From an uncultured Solibacteraceae bacterium (lineage in GTDB: Bacteria; Acidobacteriota; Vicinamibacteria; Vicinamibacterales; SCN-69-37): 64,000 nucleotides of DNA. The notes under the pieces were generated by a model. The model saw only the letters and a program-made list of their open reading frames with translations, was not told the DNA's origin and did no database searches. This document shows positions 44,180 to 52,927 of the stretch, in pieces (position 1 is the first letter of the stretch; the number at the start of each line of letters is the position of its first letter). Where the stretch lies: assembly GCA_964343975.1 (NCBI GenBank), contig CAYFLU010000003.1, forward strand, positions 78-64,077, written 5' to 3'. The position numbers were made by a program, and so were the translations under genes.

Positions 44180-46708
44180 ATGCAAGCGTCCACACTCACC
44201 GCGCTCGAATTCGATCGCATTCGCGAGATCCTCGCGTCGCACGCCCTCACGCCGCTCGGCGAAGCGCGCGCGCTCGCGCTCGAGCCCTCGACCGACGTCG
44301 AGGACATCCGCGCGCGGCTCACGCTCGCCACCGAGGCGGTGCAGTACTCCACCGCCGGACACTCGCTCGGCCTCTGGGCGCCGGAAGACCTCCGCGACAT
44401 CCTCGCGCTTGTCGGCGTCGACGGCCAGGTGCTCGATCCACAGCAGTTGCTCGGCCTCGCGCGCTTCGTCGACTCGGTCGACGGCGTGGTGTCGAGCATC
44501 CGCCGCGCCGCCGGCGTCAACTCCAGTAGTCACAATGGGGGGGAGACGACTCCCGAGGTCGGATCAGCCTACCCGGCGCTGCGGGGTGTGGTGCAGCCGG
44601 CCCGGAGCTTTGAGGAAGAAGTGCAGGCGGTTCGGCGCGCGATCGATGCGTCGGGCGAAGTGAGCGACCACGCCAGCCCGGCGCTCCGCGACATCCGCGA
44701 TCGGTTGCGCCGTCAGCGCGCAAAGCTGCGCAGCACGCTGGAAGGCCTGTCGAAAGGCCGCGACACCGCGAAATACCTGCAAGACCAGATCGTCACCGAT
44801 CGCAACGGCCGCTACGTGCTGGTCGTGCGCGCCGAACACCGCGAGTCGATCCCGGGCATCGTCCATGGCAGCTCGACGTCCGGCGCGAGCCTCTACCTCG
44901 AGCCGCTCGCCACGGTCGAATTGAACAACGAAACCGTGACGCTCGCCGAGCGCGAGAAGGCGGAGGTGCACCGCATCCTCCTCGCGCTCACGGACGGCTT
45001 CCGCATGCGCGGCGATGACCTCGAAGCGCTCCTCGATGTGGCCGCGGCGCTCGACGAACTCTTCGCGAAGACCGAACTCGCGCGCCAACTCGACGGCGTG
45101 GCGCCGGAGATCACGACCGACGGCCGGCTCGAATGGCTCGGCGCCCGGCATCCCCTGCTGATCACGTCGATCCAGGGGCGGACCTTGGGGGTCGCCATCG
45201 CCTCAGACCTGCTGATCTCGCCGCCGCACAAGGCGCTCGTGATCTCGGGGCCCAACACCGGCGGCAAGACCGTCGCCCTGAAGGCCTTCGGCCTCCTCGC
45301 GGTGATGGCCCAGGCCGGCCTGCTCATTCCCGTCGAACGCGGCAGCAAGTTCACGCCGTTCAAGTCGGTGTTCGCCGACATCGGCGACGACCAGTCGATC
45401 AGCGCGAGCCTCAGCACCTTCTCCGCGCGCATCGCCCACATCGTGGAAATGGAGCGCGCGCTCGAACTGCCCGCGCTCATGCTGCTCGACGAAGTCGGCA
45501 GCGGCACCGACCCGGTGGAAGGCGGCGCGCTCGGCACCGCCGTAATCGATCACTTCCTCCGCCGCGGCGCCACCATCGTCGCCACCACCCACGACGATGC
45601 GCTGAAGTCGTGGGCGGCGACGACGCCCGGCGTCGCCGCCGCGGCGTTCGGCTTCATCGCGGCGACCTATGCGCCGACCTACCGGCTCGTGTACGGCGCG
45701 CCGGGCCGGAGCCTCGCACTCGAAATCGCCGAGCGCCTCGGCATGCCGGCCGCGGTGATCGCCGATGCGCGTGCCCGCCGGTCGGGCCGCGAGTCGCAAC
45801 TCGCGGCCCACCTCGAACGTGTGGACAAAGAGCTCGCCGTCCTCGACGAGGAGAAGCGCCGGACCCAGACCGAGCGCGATGCGCTCGCGAGCGAGCGCAC
45901 CGCGCTCCAGCAGCGTGAAGCCCGCCTCGCGGAACGCGAGGCGGTGCTGAAGCGCCGCATGGACGACAAGCTGAACGAGAAGCTGCGCGAGGCACGCGCC
46001 GAGGTCGACAAGGTCGTCGACGAGCTGAAGTCGAAAGCCCGGCTCGTCGCGGGGCAGGCCGAGGCGCGCCTCAAGAGCGGCGCCAGCCTCAGCACGGGCG
46101 AGATCGGCGAGTTGCGCGCGGAAGCGCGCCACTCGCTCGAGGTCATCGGCTCGGCCATCGAAGGCAGCGCGCCGCCCGAACCACTCGACGCCGCGCCAAC
46201 CGAGATCCCCGACCACGGCACGCGCGTGTTCGTCACGTCATTCGGCGCGGAAGGCATCATCCGCGGCGGCAGCGGCAAGCACGTCGATGTCGAAATTCGC
46301 GGGAAACGGATGCGTGTCAGCCTCAAGGAAATACGGCTGGGACGTTCCGGGTCCCGGGTTCCGGGTCCCGGGTCCGCCGTCGTCCCGGGGGCCAGGTCCA
46401 CGTCCACGTCCACGTCCGGGTCCAAGTCCACGTCCGGGTCCGGGTCCGCGGCGTTGGGTGTCGTGTCCATGGAGCTCATGCTGATCGGGCAGACCGTCGA
46501 TCAGGCGATGGACAACCTCGAGAAGTTTGTAGACGATGCGCTGATGAAAGATGCGCGGATGTTGCGGATCGTGCATGGGCACGGCACGGGGAAACTGCGC
46601 GAGGCGGTGCGCGAGTTCTTCAAGAGGCATCCGCTTGTGGCCGACATGGGGCCCGCGCCCGACAGCCAGGGCGGCGCCGGCGCGACCGTCGTCACGCTGA
46701 GAGACTAG
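44180..46708 (+). CDS. mutS2: Endonuclease MutS2 (MutS domain V ATPase plus Smr domain)
   Basis: ISGPNTGGKT, DEVGSGTDP, a coiled-coil, and a C-terminal Smr domain LRIVHGHGTGKLR. Contains a repeat-encoded G/S/T linker before Smr. Confidence 0.93.
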   Translation: MQASTLTALEFDRIREILASHALTPLGEARALALEPSTDVEDIRARLTLATEAVQYSTAGHSLGLWAPEDLRDILALVGVDGQVLDPQQLLGLARFVDSVDGVVSSIRRAAGVNSSSHNGGETTPEVGSAYPALRGVVQPARSFEEEVQAVRRAIDASGEVSDHASPALRDIRDRLRRQRAKLRSTLEGLSKGRDTAKYLQDQIVTDRNGRYVLVVRAEHRESIPGIVHGSSTSGASLYLEPLATVELNNETVTLAEREKAEVHRILLALTDGFRMRGDDLEALLDVAAALDELFAKTELARQLDGVAPEITTDGRLEWLGARHPLLITSIQGRTLGVAIASDLLISPPHKALVISGPNTGGKTVALKAFGLLAVMAQAGLLIPVERGSKFTPFKSVFADIGDDQSISASLSTFSARIAHIVEMERALELPALMLLDEVGSGTDPVEGGALGTAVIDHFLRRGATIVATTHDDALKSWAATTPGVAAAAFGFIAATYAPTYRLVYGAPGRSLALEIAERLGMPAAVIADARARRSGRESQLAAHLERVDKELAVLDEEKRRTQTERDALASERTALQQREARLAEREAVLKRRMDDKLNEKLREARAEVDKVVDELKSKARLVAGQAEARLKSGASLSTGEIGELRAEARHSLEVIGSAIEGSAPPEPLDAAPTEIPDHGTRVFVTSFGAEGIIRGGSGKHVDVEIRGKRMRVSLKEIRLGRSGSRVPGPGSAVVPGARSTSTSTSGSKSTSGSGSAALGVVSMELMLIGQTVDQAMDNLEKFVDDALMKDARMLRIVHGHGTGKLREAVREFFKRHPLVADMGPAPDSQGGAGATVVTLRD
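46394..46447 (+). repeat. In-frame hexanucleotide microsatellite (NNGTCC)x9 inside mutS2
   Basis: aggtcc acgtcc acgtcc acgtcc gggtcc aagtcc acgtcc gggtcc gggtcc. A related ccgggtcc run precedes it at 46347-46393. The tract encodes RSTSTSTSGSKSTSGSGS. Confidence 0.85.
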
Positions 46709-46712
46709 TCGC

Positions 46713-48461
46713 GTGGCGCTGTTTCCGCCGTCGTTCATTGACGACCTCAAGGCCCAGACCGATATCGTCACGATCATCGGCGAGGTCACGCCGCTCAAGA
46801 AGGCCGGCGCGACCTACAAGGGCCTGTGCCCGTTCCATCAAGAGAAGACGCCGTCGTTCAACGTCAACAAGGACAAGGGCTTCTTCAAGTGCTTTGGCTG
46901 CGGCGCGGGCGGCGACGTTGTGAAGTTCGTCGAGATGACGCAGAAGGTTGCGTTCCCTGAAGCCGTGCGCATGCTGGCGAACAAGATCGGCATGGCGGTG
47001 CCCGAAGGCGAAGGCGGCACGGAAGATCGCGTGGCGGCGGCCGAGCGCGAGTCGCTCATCAAGTTGCACGAGACGGCCCTCGAGTTCTTCAAGGCGCAGC
47101 TGGCCTCGCCGGCCGGCGCGCGCGCGCGTCGCGAGCTCGAGCAGCGGCAGCTCTCGCCCGCCACGATCGACACCTTCGGGTACGGCTTTGCGCCGGCGGC
47201 TGGGCGCGAGACGCTGCATGGGCTGTTCGCGAGCCAGAAGGTGCCGCTCGCGCTCCAGATCCGCTCCGGTCTCGTCATGGAACGTGACGGCGGGCGCATC
47301 GTCGATCGCTTCCGCAACCGGCTGATGATTCCGATCGCGCGCGACAACGGCGCGATCGTGGCGTTTGGCGGGCGCGCGCTCGAAGAAGGTCAGGTGCCGA
47401 AGTACCTGAACAGCCCCGAGACGCCGATCTACACCAAGGGCCGCACGCTCTACGGCCTCGACAAGACGAAGCAGGCGATCCGTACGCGCAACTACGTGGT
47501 GCTCGTCGAGGGGTACTTCGACTTCGCGCAGGTGTGGCAGAGCGGCGTGCAGAACGTCGTCGCCTCGTGCGGCACGGCACTGACGCCCGCCCAGTGCCGC
47601 ACGCTCAAGCGGTTTGCGCAGAAGATCATCCTCAGCTTCGATCCGGATGCGGCCGGCCAGGGCGCGGCGGCGAAATCGTCGGAACTTCTGGTCACGGAAG
47701 GGTTCCAAGTGAATGTGGCCCTCTTGCCGGAGGGCGGCGACCCGGACGTGTTCATCCGGCGCAACGGCGGCGCGGCGTATGTCGGCCAGCTCAAGAGCTC
47801 GCGGCCGTATCTCGAGTTCCTGCTCGACCGGGCGGCGGCCAAGTACGACCTCACGAAGGACGCGAACCGGCGGGCGTTTCTGAACGACATGCTCGTGGTG
47901 GCGGCCACGATTCCGGATGCGGCCGCACGCGATCAGTTCGCGGATCGATTGGCGCACAAGGCCCGTATCACTGAAGGGGTCATCCGGGACGAGATCCGTA
48001 AAGCGGCGGCGGCCAAGAAAACCGAGGCGCCGGCCGTGGCCGTGCCCTCCACCGTGCGGATCCGCACGGCCGAGGTCGGGCTCCTGTGGGCCCTGGCCCA
48101 CCGGCCGGTCGAAGCTTTAGCCGCACTGGCTCAACTCGAGCCGGCGGATCTGGAGGGATTGGTCACGGCGCCGATCTTCCATGTCGCGTCGGGCCTGGCC
48201 GAGATGCCACCCGACGTTTTACCTGAGCTCCTCCGGGAGCGTCTTAGTGAGGGAGAGCGCCGGTTGTTCGAGCGGGCGGCGGCCAATGAGGCCTCCCCGG
48301 CCCCCTCGTCGGACTGTGTGCACGCGCTCCGAAAGTTGCGGTTGGAGCGTGAACGGGCTGAAATTCAGGCCGAAATCGACCGTTCCGGGGGGGATTCGGG
48401 CCGTTTGGCCGGCCTGTATGCCCGGAAAACCGAGATTTCGCGCCTTCTGGACGGGATGTAG
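46713..48461 (+). CDS. dnaG: DNA primase
   Basis: Zinc finger CPFHQEKTPSF...CFGCGAGGD, the TOPRIM VLVEGYFD, and a C-terminal helicase-binding region. GTG start. Confidence 0.95.
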   Translation: MALFPPSFIDDLKAQTDIVTIIGEVTPLKKAGATYKGLCPFHQEKTPSFNVNKDKGFFKCFGCGAGGDVVKFVEMTQKVAFPEAVRMLANKIGMAVPEGEGGTEDRVAAAERESLIKLHETALEFFKAQLASPAGARARRELEQRQLSPATIDTFGYGFAPAAGRETLHGLFASQKVPLALQIRSGLVMERDGGRIVDRFRNRLMIPIARDNGAIVAFGGRALEEGQVPKYLNSPETPIYTKGRTLYGLDKTKQAIRTRNYVVLVEGYFDFAQVWQSGVQNVVASCGTALTPAQCRTLKRFAQKIILSFDPDAAGQGAAAKSSELLVTEGFQVNVALLPEGGDPDVFIRRNGGAAYVGQLKSSRPYLEFLLDRAAAKYDLTKDANRRAFLNDMLVVAATIPDAAARDQFADRLAHKARITEGVIRDEIRKAAAAKKTEAPAVAVPSTVRIRTAEVGLLWALAHRPVEALAALAQLEPADLEGLVTAPIFHVASGLAEMPPDVLPELLRERLSEGERRLFERAAANEASPAPSSDCVHALRKLRLERERAEIQAEIDRSGGDSGRLAGLYARKTEISRLLDGM

Positions 48462-48531
48462 CGCGCTGTGGTCCCCAACGGCGCGAATCGACCGCGCGTT
48501 GGTGATGGCAAAGTGCGGCGGGCCGTACGGT

Positions 48532-48537
48532 TATAAT
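48532..48537 (+). promoter_or_regulatory. -10 box TATAAT 11 nt upstream of the rpoD ATG
   Basis: TATAAT at 48532-48537, ATG at 48549. There is only a weak purine run (gaaagg) between them. Confidence 0.4.
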
Positions 48538-48548
48538 GAAAGGTCCAC

Positions 48549-50249
<1,701 letters not shown>

Positions 50250-50257
50250 GAGACAGC

Positions 50258-50332
50258 GCGAAATCTGGGTATTGCGAAATCTGGGCATCGCGAATCGCGA
50301 TATCGGGAAATCGCGAAATCGGGAAATCGGGG
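50258..50332. repeat. Tandem degenerate repeat array with GAAATC core (16-nt then 8-nt period)
   Basis: GAAATC at 50260, 50276, (GAATC 50292), 50307, 50315 and 50323. The first two 12-mers, gcgaaatctggg, are identical. Lies between the rpoD stop and its terminator. Confidence 0.75.
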
Positions 50333-50342
50333 CAACGACACA

Positions 50343-50375
50343 GGGGCCGGCGAACATCGCCGGCCCTTTTTGTTT
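50343..50375 (+). terminator. Intrinsic terminator of rpoD
   Basis: ggggccggcg, loop aacat, cgccggccc, then TTTTTGTTT. Confidence 0.8.
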
Positions 50376-50496
50376 CTCGCCTTGGGCGCTATCCTTTCGC
50401 CGATGAACTGGCGGATCGGAATCGCGCTGATCCTGTTCGCGGCATGGCCAATCCTCGCCCACTTCGCGCGGGATGGGCGTCGACCGCGCTGACTGC

Positions 50497-50739
50497 GCTC
50501 CCGTTCGCCCTTCCTCTGCTACCTCCAGCTCGACGCCCCTCGAAATCTCTCCTCCATACGCTCGCATTTCGTTCGCCCTTGGCTTCGCAAGGGGCGCTCA
50601 TCGCATGACTTCCTAACCGGCCTGGCTTCGGTGGCCTTACGGAAGTCACGCTCGAAATGCTCACTCTTTCCGGAGAGATTTCCTGCACTCGAGATCGGGG
50701 CGCTCGCAAGTCGGCAGCAGAGGAAGGGCGAGCGGGAGC
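50497..50739. repeat. ~245-nt imperfect palindrome (structured RNA or MITE-like element)
   Basis: The outer arms 50497-50523 and 50713-50739 are complementary at 25 of 27 positions. Inner complementary blocks: 50542-50552/50672-50682, 50564-50571/50653-50660 and 50603-50613/50641-50651. The apical and side hairpins have c-UUCG-g tips. Confidence 0.7.
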
Positions 50740-50745
50740 GGCGAC

Positions 50746-51579
50746 CTACCAGACCGCTCTGTAGTTGACCGGCTGCAGGTTGCAGGCTGCCTCGAGGTCG
50801 CCCTTCAGCTTGAAGAGCCGTGGATCCTTGCTGAACTCAAACACGCGGTAGAGCTGATAGCGCGAGGCCTCTCGCTTCGAGCACTGCAGCTCATTCCTGG
50901 ACACGTAGAACGGGAAGCTCTTCCCGAGGCCGGTTGTCTTCACCTCAATAAGAATCGGATTGCCCGCCACATCAAAAGACTGGATGTCGTAGCCCAGTCC
51001 ATCGCCTTCGTCAGCGGAGACGTGGCGGATCAGCCTCGAGAGGTCCGGACGGCGGGCGATGTCATGAAGTCGTCGCTGTTCGAACTCCATCACCCACTCC
51101 TCTCCTCGACGGCCCAGTTGGGCGTTACGCGCGTCTCGCTCGACGAAATCGATCTGCACCGGTCGGGGCTGGATGCGAACCTTGCTCGGCCTGCGTTCAG
51201 GAGGCGCTTCTTCAAGCGCGGACAAACGATCGAAGTCCGTCTCAGGGACATCAGTCGAAGAGAAGGCTCGGCTGCGCAAGGCACGTCTTGCCCAATCTCG
51301 ATCGCTCTCGATGTGCGTCAGAACGACCCGCTCCAGGAGTGCTTGATAGTTCTGCCGTGGCTTGTAGCCCGCGATGTAGGGCAAGGCATGGTTGACCAGA
51401 ATGGCGCTGATGTTCTGGTGCTTGAACTCAACCGAACCCGCTGAACGGCTGTCGAGTAGCTTTCGCAGCCGCCGGTTGCGATCCGCCTTGTTGAACCCAG
51501 CTCCCGCCAATTCAAGGTCGAGCATCGCGAAGTAATCCGCGACGACGGCTTCGACCTCGAACAGAGACCAGGCACTCAT
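50746..51579 (-). CDS. DUF3883-like protein with a PD-(D/E)xK nuclease-type C-terminal domain
   Basis: The C-terminus, GRRGEEWVMEFEQRRL...GYDIQSFDVAGNPILIEVKTTGLGKSFPFYVSRNELQCS...YQLYRVFEF, matches my recollection of the DUF3883 (PF13020) pattern, including a D...E-V-K nuclease-like triad. The N-domain contains GSVEFKHQNISAIL...GYKPRQNYQ. G+C is visibly lower than the surroundings. Confidence 0.75.
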   Translation of the reverse strand: MSAWSLFEVEAVVADYFAMLDLELAGAGFNKADRNRRLRKLLDSRSAGSVEFKHQNISAILVNHALPYIAGYKPRQNYQALLERVVLTHIESDRDWARRALRSRAFSSTDVPETDFDRLSALEEAPPERRPSKVRIQPRPVQIDFVERDARNAQLGRRGEEWVMEFEQRRLHDIARRPDLSRLIRHVSADEGDGLGYDIQSFDVAGNPILIEVKTTGLGKSFPFYVSRNELQCSKREASRYQLYRVFEFSKDPRLFKLKGDLEAACNLQPVNYRAVW

Positions 51580-51761
51580 TCAGGGGAATCCGCCGGAGAG
51601 GATACCGCATCCACCTCCCCATCCGTCGGATCCACAATGAGGCTCTCCGCCGAATACGGCGCATAGATGCGCTCAAGTGGATCGCCGAGGCTCTCGAGTT
51701 CCAGACCTTCTCCGTCGTCGCCGATGACCACCCACAGCTTGCTCTCGAAGATGACCTTCAT
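51576..51761 (-). CDS. 61-aa highly acidic protein, translationally coupled to the DUF3883 gene
   Basis: 15 Asp/Glu against 3 Lys/Arg. Its TGA overlaps the downstream ATG (ATGA at 51576-51579). No obvious SD, and no recognisable family. Confidence 0.5.
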   Translation of the reverse strand: MKVIFESKLWVVIGDDGEGLELESLGDPLERIYAPYSAESLIVDPTDGEVDAVSSPADSPE

Positions 51762-51845
51762 GGAGGCGATGATGCCGGAGCGTTGTGACCGTACTGGTCA
51801 CGCGCCGCGTCGTATCATCAAAGACATGTTCCGAGGTCCGCAGTC

Positions 51846-52190
51846 ATGACGCCCACCGACATCGCCTACCGTGTGGATTTCGTCGGCGAGCCGCCGGTCG
51901 GCTCGCTCGCGTTCGTGAGCGAGGCGTGCGCGGCGCTCGTCGGCATCGAGGCCGCCGCCATCGTCGCGTCGCCGGCGCTGTGGATGGACGCGATCCATCC
52001 CGACGATCGGCAGGACTTCGTGCAGACGACGACGCAGCTGATCTTGAGTGGCGAGGCGGTGACGCGGCACTACCGCGTACGGCACAGCGAAACGGGCGCA
52101 TTTCAGATGGTCACCGACCGGCTCACCGCGGCCATCAACGACAAAGGCGACGTCGTCGGCTACGAAGCGGTCGTCACCAAGACGAGCTGA
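51846..52190 (+). CDS. Stand-alone PAS-domain protein
   Basis: 114 aa. F.S.A...LG......G....W...IHPDD........HYRVRHSETGAF..V.D......D..G.V.GYEAV is a single PAS fold with no output domain. Confidence 0.75.
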   Translation: MTPTDIAYRVDFVGEPPVGSLAFVSEACAALVGIEAAAIVASPALWMDAIHPDDRQDFVQTTTQLILSGEAVTRHYRVRHSETGAFQMVTDRLTAAINDKGDVVGYEAVVTKTS

Positions 52191-52193
52191 CGC

Positions 52194-52601
52194 TCAGTAT
52201 TTCAAGACCCGCAGCCCGGGCACGCGGGAGAAGTCCTTGACGTTGCGCGTGACGAGCGGGGCGTCATCGAGCAACGCCGCGGTGGCGATGAGAAGATCCA
52301 TCTTGCCAATCACATGCCCCGATCGCTGCATGGCCGCCGCCACGCGCGCGAATTGCATCGGGAAACGGTCGTCGGGATACACGACGAGCAGGCCCTCCAC
52401 CAGCTGATCGATCTGCTCCTGCCGCGCGAGCGCCTTGCGGCTCAACTCCGCGCCGGTGCGTAGCTCGCAGAGCACATGCGCCGACACGGCGAGCACTTCG
52501 CGATCGTCGAGCGATTCCAGGAACTCAAAGGCGTCGCCAGGGCGTTCCCGCGCGAGTTCGCGCTCCAAATCCACCAAGAGCGTCGTGTCGACGTGAATCA
52601 C
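52194..52601 (-). CDS. vapC: PIN-domain toxin VapC
   Basis: MIHVDTTLLVD (first Asp), ...CELRTG..., IGKMDLLIAATA, TRNVKDF. 135 aa. Confidence 0.88.
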   Translation of the reverse strand: MIHVDTTLLVDLERELARERPGDAFEFLESLDDREVLAVSAHVLCELRTGAELSRKALARQEQIDQLVEGLLVVYPDDRFPMQFARVAAAMQRSGHVIGKMDLLIATAALLDDAPLVTRNVKDFSRVPGLRVLKY

Positions 52602-52834
52602 AGCGGCTTGTACCTCGCCGGCTCCTTCTTCCGCGAGTCAACAATCTCGTCGATCCGATCCAGCGTCTCGACATCGAGGGGCTTCCGCGATCGCAGGAGC
52701 TTCTTGAACCGACCGGCCGTGGGCATCGGCGTGAAGTGCGCCTTGATCACATCCGAGAACGACTCCCCCGCGCCCTTTTGCTTCGAGAGAAGGGTGTAGG
52801 CGTCCATGTCGATGGTGATGGTCTTGACGGCCAT
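52598..52834 (-). CDS. vapB: VapB-type antitoxin
   Basis: MAVKTITIDMDAYTLLSKQK... is a small antitoxin-like N-terminus. 4-nt overlap with vapC. I prefer ATG 52834 over the GTG at 52849. Confidence 0.75.
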   Translation of the reverse strand: MAVKTITIDMDAYTLLSKQKGAGESFSDVIKAHFTPMPTAGRFKKLLRSRKPLDVETLDRIDEIVDSRKKEPARYKPL

Positions 52835-52927
52835 GCACTTATCGTGCACTTATATCAGCCTGCGGTCAAGCACCGCCCCGATCCGGACAGCCGCGATTCG
52901 CTGACGGATTCCCATAGAATCCTCGGC

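Noticed and set aside
50258-50332. CRISPR-like array.
   Set aside because: The units are only 8-16 nt, degenerate and contiguous, with no unique spacers. There are no cas genes in the window.
50389-50709. 106-aa minus-strand ORF spanning the palindrome.
   Set aside because: Arg/Ser/Gly/Ala-rich shadow-frame composition and no start context. It lies across non-coding-looking repeat structure.
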